A DNA stretch of 64,000 bases from Mayamaea pseudoterrestris (taxonomy: Eukaryota), in the NCBI GenBank assembly GCA_027923505.1, contig BROI01000020.1, positions 1 to 64,000 of the forward strand, given 5' to 3'. Made by a program: the position numbers and the translations under genes. Position 1 is the stretch's first letter; each line of letters starts with the position of its first letter. The notes beneath the pieces are model-generated. The model worked only from the letters and a program-made list of their open reading frames with translations. It was not told where the DNA came from and made no database searches. Below, in pieces: positions 39,806-49,682 of the stretch.

Positions 39806-42800
39806 ATGGCGCCAGGAACGCCAACACCACCACGGCCTCCAGTCCAAATGACGGAGGACCAGCGCATGCTCCTACAAGCTGCCGAGTTCCAGCGATCCGA
39901 AATGATCAATCGGGTGGAACGTGAACGACGCGCCAAGCTCACCCAAGCTGAGCGAGACGCCGAGGATGAAATTCGCCAGCTGTATAACGAACAACAGCAG
40001 CGGATGAAGATTGCTGCTCAGCTCAAAGCCAAGCAAGAGCAGCAGGCTGCCATCGATGACGCCGTTCGTCAGGCGATGGAAGAAGCCGCGCGTGACCGAC
40101 AGCGTGCCGTCGACGAAGCCATCGCCAAACACATGGATTCCGAAATCGCCAAAGAGATGCTACGTCAGCATCGCGCACCTGTCCAAGTGTACACGCCAAA
40201 CAAACCCATCATGGGCACTGTCGTCCAAATCTCCACCAAGGAGCGAGCGGCATGCATGGGCGGCGGTCCACCAAATGTGGATTGGTCGGGATTGGAAAAG
40301 CCAGTCGCCGACGGAGCCAAGCCAAGCAACTCGTTGATGCTTCGTCCCTTGAACGATTCAAAGCAACAAGAGCGGCAGAAAGGACTTCCAATGAAGTTTA
40401 CGTTGACGTGCAATTTGCAGCATCAACAAATGCTCTTTAAGGAACAGGCGGAGCTCTGTGGCAACGACACATATTGTTACGTCATCGACCCGCGCGATCC
40501 AACCAAGACCAAGTTGGTTAATTTCCTTCAATATTATTCGCTGTTCGAGAGCATTGAGTCGGTCAAGGAAGCCATTGCTCCTTTCGTCGCCAGCTACGAC
40601 GAATATGATCGCGGCAACGACAAGGATCTCATTAGATTCTTCAAGAATTCGTGCAACGAGGAGCTTCGCACGCGCCTGGATCATTATACCAGCGCTAGCG
40701 CCCAGGATAGCTTCTGTGTCGTCTATTTCCAAGTAATGGAGATGATTCTTCACCAATCCCGCGACTGGTACTTGAAAGTGGAACAAGAAGTCGCCGCCTA
40801 CAAGCCGCAAGCGGAGCCAGGCCAAAACATTACCACCTACATGGATGCGCTTATTATCAAAGCAAAGCCATTGATTAATGCGGGTCAGTATCCGCATTCC
40901 CTGACCACCAAAGTGTTGAAAAACCTTCTCCAAGCAGGAGGCGAGCGCTGCCTTGAAAACACTGGCGGCGAGGAGTTCATTGACGAAATGAAAGCTTGGA
41001 AAGCTAAGCATGTCATTGGCTTGAAAGCTTGCTCGAATATGACTCCAACGGATCAGGATGCTTACATGACGCGTGAGCATCTAACATTAAAGGATTTGGC
41101 GCAGGTAGCTAATACTGCTTACCGCCAGATTCATGCGGCCAATGACTGGGTTCCCGCCAAGAATCCGCGCGACAAGACTGCCATTCCGCCCACCTTTGGA
41201 GGCGTTGTTCAACTTGACAAAGCCAAGGCAAACGGAAGGGGAGCAAAGGAGGAAAAGACTTGTCACATTTGCCATAAGCCCGGCCATTTTCAGCGCGATT
41301 GCCCACAGGCAACGACTGTGAAAACTAGCAACAAGCGCGGCGCTCCCAAAGGAAATGGAAAAGGGAAGCCCAAGACTGCTCCAAAGAGTGGAAAGGGTGC
41401 TTCGTCAAAGGCCATTGACGATGTCCATCACTACCATGCGCCATGGCGGCGAATTGCTCCTTCAGCGTCGCAGCCATCTACCATTGAAAAGGGAGGAAAG
41501 ACCTACCATTGGTGCGCGCATTGCAACAAGTGGCAACTTAACCATGGCACTGACGAGCATACTGGAAGTAAATCTGCTCCGGCCGCTGCTCCCAATGGTG
41601 GTCATCTTGCTTGGTTTGATACGCCAGCTGCCTATCTAGCTATCGAGGATCCATCAGCTTGCGCCCAAGCCGCCGCTGACGCCAAAGCCCTTGCTTTAGC
41701 CAATGACGATTGTTCTCTTGAAGAAGGTGAAGAAGCTGTCATTGACGCGATTGCATCTGCCATGGTGGACGGCGAGGATGCCATTGCTTCCATTGTTGCC
41801 GATGATCCAATGATCATTGATGAGCATACGCCAGCGGCCATCGTCGCCAAGCTCTGCAATATTGAGCGCTCTCCTAGTGATGATCGCTATGAGTCTGATG
41901 TGCAGTTTGCTCGGAATGCAGCTATTCAAGCGAGGGAGCTTGCAAGTGGTGTTAACGCTCCCCCTGCAAAGATTGCTAAGTTGAATCCTGCTGCTCCAGC
42001 CTGGACGCCTCCTTTGAGCCCCAGCTCCGAGCCATCTGCCAAGCGCCCTACCAAGCCAAACAAGGTGCTTTACCGTCGCTCTCGCAGTCTCTCTCCAAGT
42101 GCACTTTCATTTGTGCTTATGATTGGATTGATTTGCTTGGTGAATTCGTGCTCAGCAGCTCGATTGGTTAAGCGCCCAGCTTCGGCCCTGCCTGTGAGCC
42201 ATTCGACTTTAAGTGAGGCATTCTTCACTGTGACTCGAACTGTTTCATCTCTTGTTCGTTCAAATAACGCAACTGAGACTCAGGCTTTGCATACTGCTGT
42301 GGCCCAGCAGTTTGCCCATACAACAGCCGCCCTTGGCGAGAGTCTCCATTTGGCTGATCAACTTGGCCATTCCATCATGACAGTTGGTTGCGAGAGCCTT
42401 TCTCTTGTCCATGTCATTGGCCGTTTGATTTACCATCATTGGCGTTTGATGGTGCCAGGGATTCTTTGGTTGACGCTCACTAGTGTCGCCATTGCCTTGA
42501 TATTTTGGAAGCCACCTGCAAAGCCTCCTCGGCATTCGGATCGACGCCATCGTCGCTTCTATCTCCATCAAGATCGCCGCAATCGTCACTCTGTTTCAAG
42601 GTTCCAACGGTTCCGTTTCTTATTCCATCGGTTTCACCGTCTCCGTCGGTTTCGGAAGCGGGTAATCCCCTGGTTTTTGCATCTCCAAGCCAAGTTCCTT
42701 GCCTTCTTGCGCGCCATTCTATGCAGGTTGCCTTCCAACGAGGGAAAACCATGGCATTTGCATGCTCGAAGACGAGGCCCAGCTCGAGTCCAACCAAGAA

Positions 42801-43066
42801 ACCGTGCTCAGCAGCATCATCGCAATGGTCGAAACCATGGACAGCACTCACGCCCAAGTCCAAACCAAGCGCAGCGCCATCGCCAGCGTCCTCGCCAAGG
42901 CCCAGACCAAAGCCAAGTGCCGCGCCGTCGCCCAGCTCGCGACCAACCATGGCGCCCTCGGACTGCCCACGCAGTTGCCGTTGCTCCGCCCTTGGTAATT
43001 AATGCTCGCGCTGAGGCTCTCCGTTCAACTTTTCGACAAGCTCAAGCTGCCCAATCAAGTGAATGA
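39806..43066 (+). CDS. gag: Gag-like ORF1 (1086 aa) with a long C-terminal membrane-type extension
   Basis: Coiled-coil-like N-terminus, CX2CX4HX4C knuckle CHICHKPGHFQRDC (41261-41302) and a second Cys/His motif WCAHCNKWQLNHGTDEH. These are followed by an acidic region, two hydrophobic segments and an Arg-rich tail. Confidence 0.88.
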   Translation: MAPGTPTPPRPPVQMTEDQRMLLQAAEFQRSEMINRVERERRAKLTQAERDAEDEIRQLYNEQQQRMKIAAQLKAKQEQQAAIDDAVRQAMEEAARDRQRAVDEAIAKHMDSEIAKEMLRQHRAPVQVYTPNKPIMGTVVQISTKERAACMGGGPPNVDWSGLEKPVADGAKPSNSLMLRPLNDSKQQERQKGLPMKFTLTCNLQHQQMLFKEQAELCGNDTYCYVIDPRDPTKTKLVNFLQYYSLFESIESVKEAIAPFVASYDEYDRGNDKDLIRFFKNSCNEELRTRLDHYTSASAQDSFCVVYFQVMEMILHQSRDWYLKVEQEVAAYKPQAEPGQNITTYMDALIIKAKPLINAGQYPHSLTTKVLKNLLQAGGERCLENTGGEEFIDEMKAWKAKHVIGLKACSNMTPTDQDAYMTREHLTLKDLAQVANTAYRQIHAANDWVPAKNPRDKTAIPPTFGGVVQLDKAKANGRGAKEEKTCHICHKPGHFQRDCPQATTVKTSNKRGAPKGNGKGKPKTAPKSGKGASSKAIDDVHHYHAPWRRIAPSASQPSTIEKGGKTYHWCAHCNKWQLNHGTDEHTGSKSAPAAAPNGGHLAWFDTPAAYLAIEDPSACAQAAADAKALALANDDCSLEEGEEAVIDAIASAMVDGEDAIASIVADDPMIIDEHTPAAIVAKLCNIERSPSDDRYESDVQFARNAAIQARELASGVNAPPAKIAKLNPAAPAWTPPLSPSSEPSAKRPTKPNKVLYRRSRSLSPSALSFVLMIGLICLVNSCSAARLVKRPASALPVSHSTLSEAFFTVTRTVSSLVRSNNATETQALHTAVAQQFAHTTAALGESLHLADQLGHSIMTVGCESLSLVHVIGRLIYHHWRLMVPGILWLTLTSVAIALIFWKPPAKPPRHSDRRHRRFYLHQDRRNRHSVSRFQRFRFLFHRFHRLRRFRKRVIPWFLHLQAKFLAFLRAILCRLPSNEGKPWHLHARRRGPARVQPRNRAQQHHRNGRNHGQHSRPSPNQAQRHRQRPRQGPDQSQVPRRRPARDQPWRPRTAHAVAVAPPLVINARAEALRSTFRQAQAAQSSE

Positions 43067-46000
43067 GGCTTACGAGAATATGATCAGTGACCGCCTTCGC
43101 GCCCAAGAGGAAGATTGGAACGCATGGCTAAATGATACGCTTCTTTATCAATATGAAGAGCGCCATCGGATTCGCAATCGAGATTGGCGTAATGATCCAT
43201 TGATTACAACGCCTGATGGAGTCACCTACTTCAGTATAGCTCATGCAGATCGGGAGCGGCAAGCCAGTCGGCGTCAACCATTCCGCTTTAAAACTGACAA
43301 GGCGCCAACGCCTTTGCCTCCACCAGTGCCGCAAGCTTCAATTCAATCAATTGATCCAATGCCACAAGAGGTGTTTGCGTCTGTTGTGTTTGGGGATTTT
43401 TCAGATTTCGACGATTTTGGAGAAGCCTACCAAGCGTCCCACTTGGAATCTGCCCAGCCGAATATACCAACATTGAGCCAATCTCTCTTTAACAATAAAT
43501 ATCGCAAGTCCCCGCCAGCACCACCGTGCAAGGAGAAGGACAAGATGCTGCCAGTAATCTGGGATTCAGGAGCAAGCATCTCCATTTCGCCAAGCCGTGA
43601 CGACTTTGTTGGCCCCATTCAGCCAGCGCCAAGTGTTCGTTTGAATGGTCTCTTCAAAGATGGTCGAGTTAAAGGCAAAGGGTTTGTCGCCTGGAGCTTT
43701 CTTGACAATGGAGGCATGCTTCGCACAGTAAAGGTTCCAGCATACTGGATTCCTGAGGCCAAAGTGCATCTTTTGAGTATGCCAGGATTGCTGCAACAGT
43801 ATCCAAATGAAGTTATATATGCCGATCGCCGAGCTATCTACTTGAGCGGTTCTGTGGAGCGAGTCCACAAGGATGGCTCTATAACGAATGATGGTGTTGA
43901 GGCTCCAATTGATCCTCTTACCAACTTGCCGACTGCTATCGCATACGATCTCAGTGGCATGCCAAGTTCTTACAATGCTGGCGAGGCGCCTTTGCCTCCG
44001 CCTGGTCCTGGTCCTGGTCCAGCACCTGCTCAGCAGCCGCCGCGCGGTCCACCGCCAGCTGATGGTCCTCCAAGTGATGGAGGAGCAAGTGCGCCCACAA
44101 GACGCCCTCGCCGTGAGCCAAGACCACCGCCAAGCCAAAGCTCCACCGTCGCCAGCTCGAATACCAACTTGTCTGAGGCTGAAAAGGAATTGCTCCGTTG
44201 GCATTTCCGTCTTGGCCATTTGAACTTTAAAACCATTCAGTTTCTAATGCGTGGTGGAACGCTTGCTAACTCTGAGTCGGCACGCCGTCTCCATAGAGCT
44301 TGCGCAACTTTGCAGCCATGTCCCAAGTGCACTGCCTGCATGTACGCCAAGCAGCGAGTGCGTTCCTCTCCTGGTCAAACAACCAAAGTTGTTAAAGACC
44401 GAGTTGATGCTTTGCGCCGAGACAATCTTCTCCCAGGCCAGCGCATCTCCGTTGATCACTTTGTTTGCTCAACAAAAGGACGCCTTTTCTCCTCGCGTGG
44501 CAAGACAAAGGAAACTGCCATGAACACAGGCGGTTGTGTGTTTGTTGATCATGCATCCGGCTACGTTCATCTTGAGCTGCAACAGCATTTAAATACGGAT
44601 GATACATTAAGATCTAAAGAAGCTTTCGAGTTGTTCTGCCGTGATGTTGGAGTCATTCCCCTCGAGTATCTCTCCGACAATGGTGGTGCCTTTACGTCAC
44701 AAGGCTTCTCCAAGCATCTTACAACTTTCCATCAAGTCAGTGCGCTTGCTGGAGTCGGCGCTCACCATCATAATGGGATTGCCGAGCGTTGCATACAGAC
44801 CATTATGTCTATTTCGCGTGCCATGTTGATGCATGCTAAGATCCATTGGCCCGATGTCGCTGATGTTTCACTTTGGCCCATGGTCACCAAGCATGCCGTG
44901 TATCTTTGGAACAAGGTCCCTAATCTACAGAGCGGCCTTTCTCCCCAAGATATCTTTACTCGCACTCGATGGCCCCATTCCAAGTTCCATGACTTGCACG
45001 TTTGGGGGTCTCCAGTGTATGTTCTTGATAAAACGATATCGGACGGCCACAAGTTGCCCCGCTGGCAGCCGCGGTCCCATTGCTGCATCTTTGTTGGAAT
45101 GAGTGAAGCCCACGCGAGCTCCGTTCCTTTGGTTTTAAATCCGCACTCGGGCGCCATTACGCCGCAGTTTCACGTCGTCTTTGATGATTGGTTTGCCACT
45201 GTGGCTGTAACTGAGTCGCAAATGCCGGATTTTGCATCCACAGAGTGGTATAATCTCTTTGGAAACACGTCTCTTCAATATATCCCATTGGATGATGAAG
45301 ATGAAGCCATAGCTTCTGCTGAATTCGAGGCTGAGCCTGCCGTCTCCACTCGAGCGGATGCTGTTCGTGATGCTTTTGAGCGCCATGCTCCTCCTCGAGA
45401 TTTGCAAGTCCCTCCTCCTGCTGAGTTGCCAGCGCCGCCTTCGTCGGCACCAAGCCAAGAGCCCGCCCAAGCGAGGGAGCCCGAGTCTCCGAGGGAGCTT
45501 CCAATTGAAGTGCAAGATGAATCTTCGCCTCCGAGGGAGCTGCCGGCTGATCCATCGCCATCTTCGGTCTCCAACAATGAGTCTCCGAGGGAGAATCCTA
45601 CAGCTCCAACAGCTACGCCAAGTACTCGCCGTTCCAGTCGCGCCACTAAGAAGCCATCCCGCCTCTCTTACGACGCCTCCGGAGCCCAAATCGAGTCAGT
45701 TTGTGACGCCAGTTTCGTCTCCTACTTTGCTGCTTTTAATATTGCTGCTCCAGCCCTCTACAAGGCTGCCGCATCGGATCCAGATACTTTAACTTGGGAT
45801 CAAGCCATGGCTGATCATGCTCATGTAAAGCATTGGCAAGCTGCCGCCGAGAAGGAGATTCAATCGTTGGAGTCCAAAGGAACATGGACTGAAGTCCCCA
45901 AATCGGAAGCCAAGACCAAAATTCTTCCGGGTACTTGGGTCTTTCGCCGTAAGCGCTCCCCAGATGGGACGTTTAAGAAATACAAAGCTCGCTATTGCGT

Positions 46001-47357
46001 TCGAGGTGATCTGCAAGAAGGCGACTTTGAAACGTACGCACCAGTTGTGGCATGGTCGACCATCCGATTGATGTTGATTCTAGCCCTTAACCTTAACTGG
46101 TATGCCTGCTCCACGGATTTTGCCAGTGCATTTGTCCAAGCCGAGCTCCATGACCCAGTGTGGATCCATCTCCCTCGAGGTTTTCACACAAGTAAAGGCC
46201 CCGGCATGTGTTTGCGCCTCCTAAAGAGTCTTTACGGATTGACTGTAGCCCCTCGGCTATGGTTTGAGCATTTGAAGGCAGCCCTCATCAAGCTCGGTCT
46301 GAAACAAAGCTACTTTGATCCTTGTTTGTTCTATGGAAAGAACTTGGTGATGTGTTGCTTCGTGGACGACTCCATCTTTGTCGCTAAGACATGCAAGCTT
46401 GTCGATGCCTTCATTGAAAAGCTTCGCGCTCTCGGTTTTGAGCTTACCAAGGAAGACACCCTATGTGAATACCTTGGAATCAAAATGGAGCGCGACGACA
46501 AGGCAGGTACCATTACCTTGACCCAGCCAGGTTTAATTGACAAGATTGTTGCTTCTGCCAATATGACGCATTGCAATCCAACTTTGACACCAACAAGTCT
46601 CTTGGCTCTCGGCTCGGATCCCCATGGTCCCGGCATGAAGGAAACTTGGGGCTACTCGTCCATTGTTGGAATGCTTCTTTACTTGTCAATCAATACTCGA
46701 CCCGACATCGCATACGCTGTCAGTCAAGCTGCCCGGTTCAATGCTGCTCCAAAGCAGTCTCATGCCGCTGCAGTTAAAATGATTGTGCGCTACCTCAAAG
46801 GCACGCGCAATCATGGTACAGTTATCAAGCCAACGGGAACTCTCGCCTTAGATCTCTACGTTGATGCTGATTTTGCCGGTCTCCATCGACGGGAACCAGA
46901 TGAATTGCCAGTCTCAGTTCGATCCCGCACTGGGTACATCATCTTGCTGTCTGGTTGTCCGTTAGTGTGGAAATCCCAGTTGCAGACGGAGATTTCGCTC
47001 TCGACCCTTGAAGCCGAGTACAGCGCTCTCTCCTTTGCCCTCAAGACTTTGCTTCCTTTAAAGCGAATTCTATCCGAGGTGATTGCCGTTCTAGATGTGC
47101 CATCTCCTCTCAAGACTTCCATCAAGGCTCGCGTCTTTGAAGACAATCAAGGCGCCTACTATTTAGCCATCAACCACAAGTTGACAAACCGCACTAAGTA
47201 CTTTCTGGTCAAGTTCCATTGGTTCTGGAGCCATTACAAGCGCGGTGAATTTGAAGTCCTTAAGGTCGACACGACCAACCAGTTAGCAGACTATCTGACA
47301 AAGGGCCTCCCACGTGATTCCTTCATCAAGAATCGCTTAGCTGTCCAGCGCAATTAA
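43002..47357 (+). CDS. pol: Pol polyprotein: aspartic protease, integrase, reverse transcriptase, RNase H
   Basis: Protease IWDSGAS (D at 43563). Integrase HHCC region WHFRLGH...CTAC and core RISVDH...SDNG...NGIAER. RT KARYCVRG...KSLYGL...FVDD (46359-46370). RNase H DADFAG...EAEY...EDNQ...LADYLTK. The frame is uninterrupted. The true start is uncertain (frameshift versus the AUG at 43002). Confidence 0.97.
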   Translation: MLALRLSVQLFDKLKLPNQVNEAYENMISDRLRAQEEDWNAWLNDTLLYQYEERHRIRNRDWRNDPLITTPDGVTYFSIAHADRERQASRRQPFRFKTDKAPTPLPPPVPQASIQSIDPMPQEVFASVVFGDFSDFDDFGEAYQASHLESAQPNIPTLSQSLFNNKYRKSPPAPPCKEKDKMLPVIWDSGASISISPSRDDFVGPIQPAPSVRLNGLFKDGRVKGKGFVAWSFLDNGGMLRTVKVPAYWIPEAKVHLLSMPGLLQQYPNEVIYADRRAIYLSGSVERVHKDGSITNDGVEAPIDPLTNLPTAIAYDLSGMPSSYNAGEAPLPPPGPGPGPAPAQQPPRGPPPADGPPSDGGASAPTRRPRREPRPPPSQSSTVASSNTNLSEAEKELLRWHFRLGHLNFKTIQFLMRGGTLANSESARRLHRACATLQPCPKCTACMYAKQRVRSSPGQTTKVVKDRVDALRRDNLLPGQRISVDHFVCSTKGRLFSSRGKTKETAMNTGGCVFVDHASGYVHLELQQHLNTDDTLRSKEAFELFCRDVGVIPLEYLSDNGGAFTSQGFSKHLTTFHQVSALAGVGAHHHNGIAERCIQTIMSISRAMLMHAKIHWPDVADVSLWPMVTKHAVYLWNKVPNLQSGLSPQDIFTRTRWPHSKFHDLHVWGSPVYVLDKTISDGHKLPRWQPRSHCCIFVGMSEAHASSVPLVLNPHSGAITPQFHVVFDDWFATVAVTESQMPDFASTEWYNLFGNTSLQYIPLDDEDEAIASAEFEAEPAVSTRADAVRDAFERHAPPRDLQVPPPAELPAPPSSAPSQEPAQAREPESPRELPIEVQDESSPPRELPADPSPSSVSNNESPRENPTAPTATPSTRRSSRATKKPSRLSYDASGAQIESVCDASFVSYFAAFNIAAPALYKAAASDPDTLTWDQAMADHAHVKHWQAAAEKEIQSLESKGTWTEVPKSEAKTKILPGTWVFRRKRSPDGTFKKYKARYCVRGDLQEGDFETYAPVVAWSTIRLMLILALNLNWYACSTDFASAFVQAELHDPVWIHLPRGFHTSKGPGMCLRLLKSLYGLTVAPRLWFEHLKAALIKLGLKQSYFDPCLFYGKNLVMCCFVDDSIFVAKTCKLVDAFIEKLRALGFELTKEDTLCEYLGIKMERDDKAGTITLTQPGLIDKIVASANMTHCNPTLTPTSLLALGSDPHGPGMKETWGYSSIVGMLLYLSINTRPDIAYAVSQAARFNAAPKQSHAAAVKMIVRYLKGTRNHGTVIKPTGTLALDLYVDADFAGLHRREPDELPVSVRSRTGYIILLSGCPLVWKSQLQTEISLSTLEAEYSALSFALKTLLPLKRILSEVIAVLDVPSPLKTSIKARVFEDNQGAYYLAINHKLTNRTKYFLVKFHWFWSHYKRGEFEVLKVDTTNQLADYLTKGLPRDSFIKNRLAVQRN

Positions 47358-47370
47358 CCCAGCACGAGAT

Positions 47371-47380
47371 AGCGAGGGAG
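47371..47380 (+). promoter_or_regulatory. Polypurine tract AGCGAGGGAG
   Basis: Purine-rich run immediately 5' of the 3' LTR, 13 bp after the pol stop. Confidence 0.85.
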
Positions 47381-47687
47381 AGTCGAAGTTGAAGGTGTAT
47401 CCTACCTTCCTACCGAGGTGCAAGCACCTCTCTTACTATATGTGTAAGTTGACGCCCCAACGGCATCGTGGACGAGCAATCGTGATGCCCACGATGGGCG
47501 AGCGAGGTAAATCAATAGCAGTTAATTAAATCCTCTCAGTTAATCACCAACGCCTTCGTTGTTGTAGCAGTTGCAATTACTCGAGTCCTTTGCTCTTGTT
47601 GTTGCTCTTAATAACAGTCTCCATTCAATCCTATTGAGTGAGAAGCATTTGCTAGTGCAGCCATTGCTGTCGCTGGAAATCTTCACT
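47381..47687 (+). repeat. 3' LTR (307 bp)
   Basis: Direct repeat of 39393-39698. Identity ends after CTTCACT. Confidence 0.95.
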
Positions 47688-47812
47688 TAGAGTAGCTAAT
47701 CTCTCGGTTATATCGAACGCAACAAAGTGACAATAAGCTGTGCGAGAAACTCTGGCGCAGGTTTAACTTGTATCTACAGTTCAATCTGCTTGAAGATTCC
47801 CGTAATAGTATC

Positions 47813-49144
<1,332 letters not shown>

Positions 49145-49682
49145 GCTATTTGAAATGATTGATTGCAGATGCAGCTGATATTGATGCAATACTTGGCAGA
49201 CGACTTGATGTTTTGTGCGAGTGGAACGAGAGGAAGGACGAGCGTCGAACGACGCGGCGCGTCACGCTCCAAAAGATCCGAACCCGAATCCAATTTCGGG
49301 TTCACGTGCTTCCACTTAGGGTTCAGCATGCTCACCGCAGCGTCTGTCCGCCAGCCGCACGTCCCAGGCGTTGATGCGCGCGCGCTGCGGCATGTTGCTT
49401 CCGCTGCGAGCCGCTAGCAACGTTTGCAAGGCAGAGCCAAATTGACCTTCATTCGGCATACTAAACAAGAGCAACGATACAACTGGACTTGCTTAGCGCC
49501 GTGTTTCCATTGCTTGTCTTAAATTCTGGTCCAGCGCCGGCAGCTGATTCTCAGTTTCACGAAACGTTTCACGCTTCCACGTTGCTCGCCATTTTTACTT
49601 GGGTTCGTTCACATCCGACGGTTCCTAATTCAAACACGACTACGCTTGTTTCACACTACTAGTCCATATACAATTATTCAAA
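49145..49682. promoter_or_regulatory. Short divergent intergenic region, a likely bidirectional promoter for MDH and XPO1
   Basis: About 540 bp lies between two head-to-head start codons. This is positional inference only. Confidence 0.5.

Larger units (their letters stand above)
39393..47687 (+). mobile_element. Full-length Ty1/copia LTR retrotransposon (CoDi-like), about 8.3 kb, recent
   Basis: It has two near-identical direct LTRs, a PBS, a PPT, a gag with a CCHC knuckle, and a pol with domain order PR-IN-RT-RH, which is diagnostic of Ty1/copia. Confidence 0.97.
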
